The notes below the pieces were generated by a model, which was not told the DNA's origin, did no database searches, and saw only the letters and a list, made by a program, of their open reading frames with translations. From Squalus acanthias (taxonomy: Eukaryota), in the NCBI GenBank assembly GCA_030390025.1, contig CM059432.1:125862001-125926000 (forward strand): a stretch of 64,000 nt of DNA. The letters run 5' to 3'. Both the position numbers and the translations under genes were made by a program. Below are positions 36,950-50,374 of this stretch, in pieces (the first letter of the stretch is position 1; each line of letters starts with the position of its first letter).

Positions 36950-39900
36950 AGCTGGACTTTCTTCAGACTGCTTCTGAGAGTGTGAGCCCACTGGGAGATT
37001 AAGATCCCACCCCCACCCACAGTGAGCTTCTCAAGAGCAGGAATGGGATTTTTTTATTGGCACACCCTTGTATTCCATTACCATAGAGTAGGAGGTGGAG
37101 CAGCACAGGATGGAGCACGGGAGAGACGGGCAGGTGCACCCACCATGTATTACCCTCCGCCCATAGAATATAAGGCAAAACAAGTCATATGAGGACCTTA
37201 GTGAGGAGATGTGTATAACAAAAGTACACTTCACCAATGAGGCAATGGGGAGCCCCACCACCTACTGCATGAGGATCTGCAGCCACGGTCATCTGCCTGC
37301 ATTGCTCTCTCTGTGCCAATGAAGGTGACAACTGCAGTCAACTTTAATGCCATAAAGTAATTTCAGGTAGCCACTAGGGAATCTACGTAATATCAGCCAG
37401 GGTGCAGTATGGGCATGTATTTGTTATGACTGACACACTTTACAGAAGAGCTAGGGAATTCATCACCTATGATATCACAGCAAGGCAGCAATGAAATAGG
37501 GCCATTCAGTTTTACAGCATTGCTGGCTTTCTCAAGGTTCAAGTTGCAATAGATGACTTCCACGTTCCTTTATGAGCTCCTACAGAAAACTACTTCAACT
37601 GCCTCACCAGGAAGGGTTTCCACTCCCTGAATGTACAGATTGTGTGCAAAGAATCCTACATGTCAGTGCAAAATATGCTATAAGTTGTTACAGTGCATTC
37701 ATCCTTCAATATTTGGCCCTCTCTGATGTCTTCACGGAAGAAAATCATGTCAACAGATGGCTTGTGGGAGACAAAGCTTAACTCCTGCTCCCATGGATAA
37801 TGACACCCCTAAGAGTGGTCCGAACAGCAGCAGAGGAATGCTACAATGAGGCATATGCCTCTACAAGACTGGTCATTGAGAGGACCATTAGAATCTTAAA
37901 AGGATGCTTTCACTGCCTAGAGGGACTTTGCAGTATGCTCCAGCTCGTTTGTCTTGCATAGGTGTAGCCTGCTGTACCCTGCTCAACTTTGCCATACATT
38001 GGACATTGCTGGGAGTTGGCTCTAGTTGTTTTGGAAGCAGAACTACATGGAGGAGAGTATCATGGTGACTTGCACACACAGAGTTCCTCAGTGAATGTTG
38101 CAGGGGTCATTAGAGCACAATTGATAAGTGAAGCTTTCTCTTTCACACAGTCTACCTCTGACATCAGTGCCTTAACTCCTTCTCCCCCACCTTCAAATAA
38201 AAGGAACAAATCTTCAATCCAGAACCCATCCTAGATCATGATGTCACATCAGCTCCTCTTTGGTTGGCAGTTCAAGTTCTACAAACAGGTCATGTTTCTG
38301 AGTTGGCCTCCTTTCATGGTAATTTGCTATTGGCTACATTTCTTGAGCTTGTTTCTGGGCACCTTGGTGTCATCCGTTACGTTTCTCTGCCATAGCGCTT
38401 TGAGGTGAAAGGCCGGAGGCCTGGCATATGTTGCTTTTCTAAGAAACAGCAGTTTCAGGCAGGTCACCTCTAGCAACCACCATCCCACTGAGACCTGGAT
38501 CTGTGTTCCCATTGATCAGTGGGATGGCTGGTCTAATTTTATCTATCAGATCCTGAGAGAAGGCAGCATGCATCGTCAATCACAGCCTGGAAACCATTAA
38601 GCAGGGTGCTGTCTATTGCCACCAAAACTCCAGTCTATGCCTCTGTGGAGGTAGAGGCACCAACGGGTGGTTGGTCACCTCTTAAGTGGGGGTGTGCTGC
38701 AGATTCCAGTGATGTCTGCTTAAAATAAATGAAGCTTCTCTGATATTTTCACAAATGAGAGCTGTGGACTCGAGAATCATACCTGTCAGTTGCGCACATT
38801 CTTGGAGACTGACCTCAGAGCCTGCATGTCGTATGTTCTTCAAACATTCTTCTTTTCAAGTGAATTTTGGGTCCCATGACTCCAAAGCCCCCACTAAGAA
38901 AATGGCACCCACTTGTCCAGCTCCCTCGTACTCTGTGAATCACCTGGTGCCACTTCCTCACTAACACTATCTAGTTCCCTCTGAGTGAAAGTATCTGTGC
39001 TGGTGCGTGGGAGTAAAAAAGCAAGTGATGCATGGAGTGAGTTCAAGGAGGTTGTGGCAGAAGAACACTGGGAAAGAGGTCTCTTCAGGAACTCATGGGA
39101 ACAGTTGAGTCTGACTTCATCTCTCTCTTCATGATCATCTTTATAGTTCACAGGGAAATAGTTCTGTTTCTGTTCCTTCTCCTCATCATCATCTTCCGTT
39201 TCCTTTGCCCCAATGCTGTGATGGAACTGTAGGAAAGGAGGTTACAAGCTAAGGATGGTGCGCATTACACCCTTCAGATTCAGGGAACAGAGAAGGGGTT
39301 GGAAGCTTGTGGCTGTGTGGTTCTTCACAGGGATGCTACGGTGACTGTGTAGGTGTTCAGTCACTAATCTGGGGCTGGCACCATGCCTTCAACTGCACCT
39401 TCTCCCACTGCAAGAACAGAGTGCCTTCCCATGAGCTCCATGGCTTGGTCCTCATAGGGTGTTGCAAGTTGGGGATACCCCCCTCTGGTGGTCTGCCTCT
39501 TGTTGGCAGGGTGCACCATTTTCTCCTGCAATAAGGTTAAGTAAATTAGATGAATTGAAGAGGGTGTGCCAAGTGGCACTGGATTGCTGAACTAAACAAT
39601 GTGGTGAGGAAGATATTTTAGTGTTGTGCATGTAAGTAATTGCTGTTAGGGAAGTTACGTAGCCATACTGTAAGGTCTTGAGGTATTGCCCCCCCTTAAC
39701 CTGAGTGTATTGTGAAGGGTTAGTTATACATCTGTACTTTTAGAGGGTGAGGAGTGTGCTGGTGCCAGGGTGCCTAAAGAAGAAGAGTGAATGGCTAGTG
39801 TGCTACCTTGCCTGCCCCGGTCAGGTCATTGAACTTTTTCCAACACTGATGTGCAGTTCTCGGGGTGAGAGAGCTGGCACTTAGTGGAATCTTCCCCCAC

Positions 39901-40402
39901 TTGACATGGATGACCATTTTGGCAGGTTTTCTGTCATGGGCACCCAGCTCTCTGTCTCTCCTGTGTTCATTTCTTCCAGCAGGGTTTGCAAGTTGGACTC
40001 AGTGAAATTGTGGCATCTTCTTTCCAACATCTGTGCCATGCCCTGTTGCCTTCTTTGCCTGCTTCTGCCAGGTTCTTCTGTGTTAAACATTCTTGTAAAG
40101 TGATAGAAAAACAGTCAGGAGACATCCAGTGAAGCTAGATGACAATCAACTCACTGAGTCAAGCACTGTTCCTTACTTGCCTGCTACTCCCCCAGACTGC
40201 TGCTGCAATCTTCAGCGAGTGCTGAATTTTTATAGGCTACAGTCTAGTTTCCATGCAACCCAGCATATTACTCCCATTTTACACAGGTTTTATGCCAATC
40301 ACTACTCAGGTGTACATGCAAATCAGCTGACCATCAGCGTACACAACTCATTTTCTATTGGCTTAAAAGCAGTGCAACTTACCACTTGGAATTTTGTGGC
40401 CC
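36950..40402. mobile_element. Old, near full-length two-gene Harbinger element (transposase + at about 37050-38130; Myb/SANT - at about 38250-40040)
   Basis: Decayed AGFLKVQVAIDD, RKGFHSLNVQIV, WLVGDK and TRLVIERTIRILK; on the minus strand, NFTESNLQTLLEE and QCWKKFNDLT, with exon 2 EKMVH..TTRGG. Confidence 0.8.
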
Positions 40403-40434
40403 TGGTGTTGCAAACTGCAGAACTAACAGTGGTG

Positions 40435-40685
40435 AAAGAGAGGTCCCCTGGGCCCTAAGCTCTGGAATTCCCCCCCCCCCCCCCCCCCCCCCTATATTCT
40501 CCACCTCTCTACTTCTTTCTCTTCCTCTTACAACCTACCTCTTTGACCAAGCTTTTGGTCACCTGTCCTAATATCTCTTTATGTGGCTCGGTGTCAAATT
40601 TTGTTTGATAACGCTCTTGTGAAGCGCCTTGGGACGTTTTACTACATTAAAGGTGCTACATAAATACAAGTTGCCGTTGTTGTTA
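40435..40685 (+). mobile_element. L2-type LINE 3' end
   Basis: ggccctaagctctggaattcc..ctctttgaccaagcttttggtcacc..gtgaagcgccttgggac..ataaatacaagttg. Confidence 0.75.
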
Positions 40686-40939
40686 TGGATTATGACACAT
40701 TGTTGGAACAGAGTAAAAGAACATTTACTCTGCATTTCGCTCTCTTTACCTGATTAAGGAGTGCTTGATACGGACACCGAATTCCCAAAATGGGAAGTCA
40801 TTCCATTTCTCAGTATTGATATCTCTCATCGTGATGACTTCAATTTTCACACACAATAAAATGTAAAAGTATTGCACTGTCATTCATGCAACATCTTCCC
40901 TCATATAGTAGTAATTTTCTTTTGTGCCTGAAAAGGTTT

Positions 40940-42550
40940 TACATAGAAGAAACATAGAAGATAGGAGCAGGAGTAGGCCATTCGGCCCCTCGAGCCTGCT
41001 CCGCCATTTAATGAGATCATGGCTGATCATCCAAATTCAGAACCCTGTCCCTGTTTTCTCCCCATATCCCTTGATCCCCTTAGCCTTAAGAAATATATCT
41101 AATTCCTTCTTGAATATATTTAATGAATTGGCCTCAACTGCCTTCTGTGGTAGAGAATTCCACAGGTTCACCACTCTCTGGGTGAAGAAATTCCTCCTCA
41201 TCTCAGTCCTAAATGGCTTACCCCTTATCCTTAGACTGTGACCACTGGTTCTGGACTCCCCCGCCATCGGGAACATCCTTCCTGCATCTAGTCTGTCTAG
41301 TCCTGTTAGAATTTTATAGGTTTCAATGAGATCCCCTCTCATTCTTCTAAACTCTAGCGAATATAAGCCTAATCGACCCAATCTCTCTTCATACGTCATT
41401 CCTGCCATCCCAGGTATCAGTCTGGTGAATCTTCGCTGCACTCCCTCCATGGCAAGAACATCCTTCCTCAGATAAGGCGACCAAAACTGCACACAATACT
41501 CAAGGTGTGGTCTCACCAAGGCCCTGTACAACTGCAGCAAGACATCCTTGCTCCTGTACTCGAATCCTCTCACTATGCAGGCCAACATACCATTTGCCTT
41601 CTTAACCGCCTGCTGCACCTGCATGCTTACCTTCAGCGACTGGTGCACAAGGACACCCAGGTCTCGTTGCACTTCCCCTTTTCCCAATCTATTGCCGTTC
41701 AGATAATAATCTGCCTTCCTGTTTTTGCCACCAAAGTGGATAACCTCGCATTTATCCACATTATACTGTATCACCCAACCTGTCCAAATCATACTGGAGT
41801 TTCTCTGCATCCTCCTCACAGCACACATGCCCACCCAGCTTTGTGTCGTCTGCAAACTTGGAGATGTTACATCTAGTTCCCTCGTCTAGATCATTTATAT
41901 ATATTGTGAATAACTGGGGTCCTAGCACCGATCCCTGTGGTACCCCACTAGTCACTGCCTGCCACTCAGAAAAAGACCCGTTTATTCCAACTCTTTGCTT
42001 CCTGTCTGCCAAACAGTTTTCTATCCAAGTCAGTACCTCACCCCCAATCGCATGTGCTTTAACTTTGCACGCTAATCTCTTATGCGGGACCTTATTGAAA
42101 GCCTTCTGAAAGTCCAAATACACCACATCCACTGGTTCTCGCTTATCTATTCTACCAGTTACATCCTCAAAAAATTCCAGTAGATTAGTCAAGCATGATT
42201 TACCTTTTGTAAATCCATGTTGACTTTGTCCGATTCTGTCGCTGTTTTCCAAGCGCTCTGCTATTACATCTTTTAGAATGGACTCTAGCATTTTCCCCAC
42301 TACCGATGTCAGGCTTACCGGTCTATAATTCCCCCTTTTCTCTCTCCCACCTTTTTTAAATAGTGGGGTTACATTAGCTACCCTCCAATCCATGGGAACT
42401 GTTCCAGAGTCTATAGAATTTTGGAATGTGACCAGCAATGCATCTACTATTTCTAGGGCCACTTCCTTAAGTACCCTAGGATGTAGATTATCAGGCCCTA
42501 GGGATTTATCGGCCTTCAATCCCGTCAATTTCCCTAACACCATTTCCCTA
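40940..42550 (-). mobile_element. CR1 (HER1-like) LINE RT pseudogene
   Basis: ORFs 41761-42579 and 41037-41855 with the full RT motif set. Confidence 0.96.
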
Positions 42551-42689
42551 CAATTCCCTAAAATTCTGAACAGGTACAAACCTAGAAACGACTATTCGTG
42601 ATATTAGTGGATGAACAGTTACATTCATAGGACATTCCTTTGTTGAATTTTTAACAGAGGCCGTAACCAATTCATTTTGAAGAGGTTAA

Positions 42690-45096
42690 GGCCTAGAAAT
42701 TTGAACCTTTAGCGCTGGCCCTTAAGGCCGGTTTTGAAGAAACAATGACGGCCGCTTCGCTTCCGCCCACTTTCGGCATGGAACGCGGCGGCTGCCACAT
42801 TGGACAGGTCGGCAGCGTAAGTATTTTAATTACAAGGAGCGTGACGTCAATCGGTGTGCAACTCTTACCGCCCACTCCAAAGCACGCCCGTGTGTGCAGC
42901 CGTTGACAACACGTGCAACCGGGAGAAAGCGGCGTTAAGCTATAAACCGCACAGTAAACAGCTGCTGAGATAACTGGTAACTATGGAGAGCTCAGACTAT
43001 GTAAATGGAGTGAAAACTGCTTCCAATGAGATGCATCAAATCTCCCCCCGGTCAGTCAAACATTATAGGTGGTAAATACTTTTAAAATAAACTACTGTAC
43101 TACAGTTGTAAGAATCTCAGGAAAAGAATCAATGCTGCATTTCCTTACATTTTATAAATTATGTTTTCTAGTTTAGGAACTGATAAAATACTATGCAAAG
43201 TTTTGAAGTCTGTTTTTAAAAGGCCAAGAATTAAGGAAAATTTAACACCGTATTCCCACCAAGAGATCTTCAAAAGTCTGTTGTTATAAATTTAATTGAA
43301 CTCTCTTCTGCACGTTTACACCAGTAAACTCCTGACCAAGAGGTTCACGTTTCCCTTTTTTAAAAAATTTATTTCAAGTTGCATTTACCGTGTTACTTTT
43401 AAATACGTTCCACCCAAATAACTGACTTCAATTGTCTTTTAGTTTATTGCAAAATTGTTTAAGATGATCCAGATCGATCTGACTTTTTTTTTCGTTATTG
43501 CTTAATTTAATTTATTTTTTTGATCTTTTCGTCAAGATCCAGTTTACATCAAGAAAATGCTGATGAACCTGCTAAACAAAGAAATATTAAGATCTATAGG
43601 GGGAAAAATTCAGTTGGTTGCGCCTCCCGTTAGCGCCTTAAGAGGGCGCTAATGGGGCACAAAGCATCTGGCACCCAGGCGCGGCGAAGTTTGCGCCGTT
43701 CGCGAAATTAACTAGACATTTTGCGGTGGCGCTAAACACTACCGCCACGATCTCCTGCACCGGCAGATCGTGACGTCAGTCGAGTGCGCAACGCCCCGGT
43801 ATCGCCCCGGAGGTGATATTGAGTGGCGCCCCCTGCCTTACCGCCTGACGCTAGCAACGACAGGTTGAGGGGAGCGTTCTGAAGCCATGAAGGGAAAGGG
43901 GGAGCGCTATTTAAAGGTGACCGCTTCCTGCCTTTTATTGTTGGTGCCATTTTTGAACTACGCATTCTGAGAGAGAGAGGGAGATACTTCTGGAGAGATT
44001 CAACGTTGTGTGAAGGAGTTTTGGGTACTGAGCAGCACTTTGCAGGTTCATTTTGATTTGCCATTCCTTGTATCGATTTAGAAGAGACTGTGGGGGCTGC
44101 ACTCTGAGCTCTTTGCCTGGTACTCTCCATTGTTCTTTCCAGCAGATTTGATGTGCAGGTCTCTCCAGGCCGAGATTCAAGGCTGCAATGAGCAGGATGT
44201 GGATGGAAAGCAGGATGTGGATGGAAAGCAAGATTAACCATCCCCTTTAAGAACTGGCCCGTGCCATTGTGTGTGTGTTCCATTGCTGACTGACATTACG
44301 TGAGCTTCGCCAGCGCTCTGAGGTAGCGCCTCGCTCCTCGGCCTTTGCGCCTTAAGACAGGTGTGAAGCGCCTGATTTAGCGCTGCAATCACCTCCAGGG
44401 GCGATAAAAGTCAAGTTTGCAGTCGGTGGCGATAATTAGCGCCAGGCGCTAATCTTTGCGCCTGGCCGATAATTGCGCCCCAAATGGGGCGATACTGAAT
44501 TTCTCCCCCATAGAGTTTTTTTTGTTCTTATTGAAATTATATACATAGATGCCGATAAAATATATGGTTCCTATACAACCATAATCCTAAAATAAGCTTG
44601 GAAGAACAGTTTAGAATTTCCATAGTACATGTCTTGTGATCATTGCCCTATTTTAACAAATTTAGCAAGTGGCCAGTACTCACTGGTATCTTTTGCATCC
44701 TTGCCACTTTAGCAACATCTCTCTTCCATATAATGGCGCTACTGCCTTTATATTGCACTCAGTCCATTAAATTTTCTGCGTTCGGCTTATATTCTGGGCA
44801 TAAATCTCAGGATTTCTCTTGCAACGGTTTAAGGACATCTTAGCCGGGCTTTCACTTGGAACTATACTGTTAATAAGGTGACTGCCCGAAAATGCCGCAC
44901 TGATCCTTTAGACGTGACGTTCGGTCTCCTGCTGAGGTTACTGCCAGAAAGAGCACGTTGCACAGGAGCTTCTGCGCTGCTCTCATTTAAATCAGCAGGC
45001 AGCACCAAAATACTGGTGCTGCCTGCGCTCTTTCTGTGGGTGGCCGTTGGCCCGCGATGGCACCGCCCATTTTCGGGCCTAATCAAATTTCTATCT
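42690..45096. mobile_element. Putative Harbinger-type non-autonomous element hosting a nested MITE
   Basis: Inverted ends tagaaatttga (42694) / tcaaatttcta (45083); GC-rich subtermini around an AT-rich core. Confidence 0.55.
43599..44509. mobile_element. Harbinger MITE
   Basis: TIR gggggaaaaattcagt / actgaatttctccccc (1 mismatch); TSD ata at 43596-98 and 44510-12. Confidence 0.9.
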
Positions 45097-45280
45097 TTTA
45101 CTAAAATATATCAGCATCTTAAGCATTATCTTAGTCTGAGAACAGGTGCTGTTGATATATGGAGAGTAATGCATCATATAATACTTTATAACTTGTATAT
45201 ATGATGATCAAAAATATTCCACATACCAAAAAAATCATAGAGCCAAAAACAATAGTTGTAGTGCATCTTCATGTTTCAAT

Positions 45281-46003
45281 GAGCCAGAATTTACTGAAAA
45301 AATAATGGCATGTGAACAACGCACGCCGTTAATAATGTGAAAATCAGCCAGAAACCTGTGGCGAGGAAGAGATACCCCGTGAATTGCGAATCACTAAGTT
45401 GCTGCATGATATGCGCCGCTCCGCCGTTAGCTTTGTGAAAACTGCATCTCGCCCTTAACCTCCCCGTGAGTTTCATGAAGGTGCGCCACTTGCACATTAA
45501 TTGCCCACTGAACATGCCACAGAAAGTTAAGTTTAGTAATTAATAGTGTAAGTACCCTTTTAACAATGTGATAATTGTTAATGACTGTCAATCAACCTCT
45601 CTGGCCCAGAAAGTGAACAATTAAAAGTGTGGAGCCTAATTCCTTCAGGTAGTGAATTGTTGGAGATTTTACTTTTCCATTCTGTCTCTTTTTTTCTCTC
45701 TCAATCCAATCTTTCTTTCCCTCTTTTTATTTCTCTTCTTGTACCTGATTTGACATTGAATTCACACACTCTAATTCACCCTCCTTCTCAGTTCTTCCTC
45801 TGTTTATTTCTCAATCCTTAAATCTTATTGGTTAAGGAGATACAGTGTTGGTCCCGTCATTCACCAAGGTCCCAGCTGCCCTGTTGCCCTCGCATCAGCT
45901 CACACTTCTAGCAACTTGCAGGGCAAAAAAATTTTGAACTGAAGGGTGCAGGAAAAAGTCTAACTATGACCATAAGATGCCATGCTCCAGCAAATTCCGG
46001 CCT
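45281..46003. mobile_element. Harbinger-like MITE
   Basis: Degenerate TIR agccagaatttactg / cagcaaattccggcc. Confidence 0.65.
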
Positions 46004-47471
46004 ATTATATTTAGCTTAGAATTTTGATGATTTTCAAATTGTGAACATCATTAAATCAAGTTTTAAAAGCCTGAATATTGCTGAAGGGAAGAAAAACCAA
46101 GGTAAGGTAAGAAGTTTCAACAGTTCAAAGGGCTGATTTTCCAGTGGGCTCTGGGCCTGGGTGTTCGGCACCAGTCATTTAAATATGCTATCTGCTCTCC
46201 AGCTGCAGGGTCTTTGTCTTTCTCCAATTGGAGAGGAGCTTGGCACAAGGCTTATGTCCCACTTCTTCTGGGCAGTCTTCAAAATGGACGCCCTTGCTAG
46301 TGATACTAGAGGAAAATGAGGTGGGGCACAGGGAACACCTGCACTTGCCACATTTGCATGACAACACTTTGCGTGCGTCTTTATAGGTGCACGTGCACGT
46401 GCACTGCTCCCCCATTGGGAAATCCCAGGTGTCACAGGTTTCCGCCCCTTTGTTCTGTGCTTTGTTCGCAGGGAATAAATGAAACAAGTCACAGATAAAT
46501 TGTCCCTTTAATGTTCTTGGAAAGAATGAATTAGAGTGGGCGGCTGTGCAAAAAATCTGAATTTCAACACTGTGAAGGGTGTGTCATATGATGAACGTGG
46601 CACTTAGAAGACTACGAGAGGAAGGTACAGAGAAATATCAAGCATGAGTAGTATCAATAGAATAAATAAAGACAATTGCGACGAGACAGAAACTGGATGA
46701 GTTTTTTTTCAATCCCATCCAGGAATTCAAGAAAGGTGCCAGAACAGCCTTTAAAGAGTATTCAGGTTTTGGATAATTTAGAGCTTTACAGAGAGTTGTT
46801 TAGGCCCTTTTCTTGGCATGAAAGGGGAAACCAGCTTATTGGCGGCAACTTTAGTAGACCCACAGGAGGCCAGAGGAGAAGCTGAGGCCAAGAATGTTGG
46901 CAAATAAGGAAGGACTAACGATAAACTAACAAAGATAAGAATTGGTAACTGTTGGTTACACCTGTGAGAGACTTGAAGAAACTTTGGGATTGAATTTCCA
47001 TGGGGGGTTTTCCTGATTGCCCTAACTTTGGTAGAAGTTCCATAAAAACCCTGGAGAAAGGGGGGTATACAGTGTTGACACCATTTCTCTGGGGTTTCTG
47101 TGGATCTTTTGCCGAATTTATGACGTCTGATCGGGAGAATCCCTGTAGAAATTCTACTGCTTTGTAGAATTGATAGAAACAAGATTTTCATTGTTGGACT
47201 GAAGGACATGGGGAGACCAAGATGTTGTGATTCAGCAGCTGGATTGTAAGAGGACTGGATATTGTGAGCACCAAGAGTGTGTGATCTAAAATAAGTTGCT
47301 GAATGTAGAGTGGGATCATTAACAAAAGAATAGATAGTGTTGGATGATGATTTATCAAAATGCTGTACATCCCTGGGATGTTATCTATTTGAGATAATTC
47401 TTACTTCCGCGCCCCCCCCACCCCACCCCCCCGCTCTCCTTTGTGTATCTAGCAGCAGCAAGGCAGATACT

Positions 47472-47485
47472 GTTGCTATGGCAAC
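47472..47485. promoter_or_regulatory. RFX X-box motif
   Basis: GTTGCTATGGCAAC, a near-palindromic match to the X-box consensus, in non-repeat sequence. Confidence 0.45.
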
Positions 47486-47596
47486 TTGAGCAAAAGACCA
47501 AGTTTCAGTCTGGAACAATAAGCCTCATTTTAAGGAGACACTGATGTAGATTTTCAACTTGCCACCTGGCCGTAAGACTGGTGTTGAGGATCAGCT

Positions 47597-48068
47597 AAAA
47601 AAAGACTTGCATTTATATAGCGCCTTTCATGACCACCGGATGTCCCAAAGCGCTTTACAGCCAATGAAGTACTTTTTGAAGTGTAGTCACTGTTGTAATG
47701 TAGGAAACGTGGCAGCCAATTTGCGCACAGCAAGCTCCCACAAACAGCAATGTGATAATGACCAGATAATCTGTTTTAGTGATGTTGGTTGAGGGATAAA
47801 TATTGGCCAGGACACCGGGGATAACTCCCCTGCTCCTCTTCGAAATAGTGCCATGGGATCTTTTACATCCACCTGAGAGAGCAGACGGGGCCTCGGTTTA
47901 ACATCTCAACATCTCATCCAAAAGACGGCACCTCCGACGCTGCAGCACTCCCTTGGTACTGCACTGGAGTGTCAGTCCAGATTTTGATGCTCAAGTCTCT
48001 GGAGTGGGACTTGAACCCACAACCTTCTGACTCAGAGGCGAGGGTGCTACCCACTGAGCCACAGCTGT
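47597..48068 (-). mobile_element. Full-length SacSINE1-like DeuSINE (tRNA-derived head, L2-like tail)
   Basis: Minus-strand head tggctcagtgggtag (A box) and ggttcaagtcc (B box); tail gaaaggcgctatataaatgcaag. Confidence 0.88.
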
Positions 48069-48293
48069 TGAAAGCTGTTCTGATATAAAAACAGGCCTGG
48101 ACTCCCTAGACAAGTGACGCAATCATTCAATTGGATGCAATTTGCATACTTGGATTTTGTGTTTGTAAATAAATTTAACAGGTTTGCCAAATGCTTTTTT
48201 TATGATGAGAATAGCCTTTAAGACAGGGGTGGGCAATTCTTTGTGCTGGAGGGCCACTTAACAAGTTTTGGTGAGTTGTTGAGGGCCGCACAC

Positions 48294-48456
48294 CAATGTT
48301 CCCCCTAAGATGTGCGGCCATGCAGTCACGCACCAAAGGCGAGGTCCCGCGCAGGCCGCTCACCAGCTCCTGCCGCTGGAAGAGATACTGCGCATGCGCG
48401 GCCACGCAGCAAATTTAAAGGGACTATGCAAGAAAAAACATTTAGAGGGAACATTG
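48294..48456. mobile_element. Nested hAT-like mini-element
   Basis: TIR caatgttccccctaa / ttagagggaacattg; no TSD seen. Confidence 0.7.
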
Positions 48457-48807
48457 TATAAACATAAATTCAGATAGTAGTCAGATACTATCTTAAATAC
48501 ACAAAATGTAGTGTAAAATAGTAAAAAATCTTCCGTTATTAAATGAATGAAATGAGTGATTTATCAATTACATGTACTGAAAGTCTACGTGGCTCGAGTC
48601 TGCGGGGCCTCCGACACAAGAGGTGTTCTTTTTGTGGTGTGCTAAGGGAGCCCGAGGCTTCGCAATCGCATGTCATTACCTGGAGTCCTCGTGCTCTGGG
48701 ATCCACTCCTGTGTCGAAGACGCCGATGAGAACTCCCCTGCTGCCGTACTCTGGGTACCGGTAGAGAAAAAACGCAGTAAAACTGAGAGACAGTCTTCAG
48801 GGTTCGG

Positions 48808-49430
48808 GGTGGGGTGAGTTCAGGGCTCGGAGAGTGTGGGGTGAGTTCAGGGCTCGGAGAGTGTGGGGTGAGTTCAGGGCTCGGAGAGTGTGGGGTGAGT
48901 TCAGGGCTCGGAGTGTGGGGTGAGTTCAGGGCTCGGAGAGTGTGGGGTGAGTTCAGGGCTCGGAGAGTGTGGGGTGAGTTCAGGGCTCGGAGAGTGTGGG
49001 GTGAGTTCAGGGCTCGGAGTGTGGGGTGAGTTCAGGGCTCGGAGAGTGTGGGGTGAGTTCAGGGTTCGGAGAGTGTGGGGTGAGTTCAGGGCTCGGAGAG
49101 TGGGGTGAGTTCAGGGCTCGGAGAGTGTGGGGTGAGTTCAGGGCTCGGAGAGTGTTGGGTGAGTTCAGGGTTCGGAGAGTGTGGGGTGAGTTCAGGGCTC
49201 GGAGAGTGGGGTGAGTTCAGGGCTCGGAGTGTGGGGTGAGTTCAGGGCTCGGAAAGTGTGGGGTGAGTTCAGGGCTCGGAGAGTGGAGTGAGTTCAGGGC
49301 TCGGAGAGTGGGGTGAGTTCAGGGAGAGGAAAGACGCAGTAAACCTGAGAGTCAGTCGTTAGGGTTCAGGGTGGGATGAGTTCATGGCTCAGAGTGTGGG
49401 GTGAATTCATGGCTCAGAGTGTGGGGTGAT
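48808..49430. repeat. 27-bp minisatellite gtggggtgagttcagggctcggagagt inside the hAT element
   Basis: About 20 tandem units of 25-27 bp. Confidence 0.95.
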
Positions 49431-50374
49431 TCTTGTGGTAAAACTAAGAGTTGTTGAGATGAACAGCTATGACTTGACGGAGGAGGAGCGTCCAGTGCAC
49501 CCACGCAGCAGCGCCCCCACCAGCCAGCGATGAGAGGATGATTTGGCGGGTTCACGGAGCCAGAGTGGGGGAGAGCCGCAGGCAGAGGTTAGGCCGGCTC
49601 CGAGACACAAAAGGGAAGCAGATCTGCTTCTAGCAGCAGTCCCGGCAGCTTTATTTTTTTTTAATTGCCCCGGTTCAGGGCTACAGCCTACTCCCAGGCT
49701 GCAATAAGCCTGAGCGAGCTCTCCTCGGGGGGGCCCCCCTCACAAGACTCCGACGAATGTGCAGCTCGAGCTCCAGCGGGCCGAATAGAAAGAACTGGCG
49801 GACCAGATACGGCCCCCGGGCCCTATTCTGCCCACCACTGCTTTAAGACTATGGGGGAGAAATTGGGCTGTGTAGCACCCTTTTTTTAGGTTCTAAGCGG
49901 CCTCCTAACACTCGAAAATGGTGTCAGCGATGTGTGCACACTTCCGATGGGAAGTGCGCGAAATGCCATCTTGGTAAAGGGGTTTGTGCGCACGCATCTA
50001 ACGACCACCAGCAGTATGCAGAGCAGGCAGATTATGACTTCAATCAGTGTGCAATGCTGATTTGACGCCAGCGCTGCCATTTTCGAATGCCATGCTCTGG
50101 CCTACTCCCTATCTTAACCTCGCACATCTGATCACGATGTTATGGCATGAAGGACCCACCCCACCCCCCAACCAGCGCTACTTAAAGGGATTGTGAATTA
50201 ACTACAGGTTAGTTGCTGTGGTGTAGGTTCTGGCTGCTGGTGCAATTGTACACATTTTTGGAGCTTTTCTATACTTACCTTAAGTTTCAATAGTCTACAG
50301 GGAGTGGTCTGGCTGGTACTGAAGTACTTTTTTGTTCATTTAAAAGCTTGTGCTGAAACAAGTTGCTTCCAGAC

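Larger units (their letters stand above)
48224..49840. mobile_element. Non-autonomous hAT (Charlie-like) element
   Basis: TIR caggggtgggca / tgcccaccactg; perfect 8-bp TSD ctttaaga at 48216-23 and 49841-48. Confidence 0.92.

Noticed and set aside
46500..47400. Possible coding exon (ORF 46778-47209)
   Set aside because: No recognisable domain or splice support; possibly a very old LINE relic, unresolved.
48808..49430. Regularly spaced repeats resembling a CRISPR array
   Set aside because: Pure tandem units with no unique spacers, no cas genes, and a vertebrate context.
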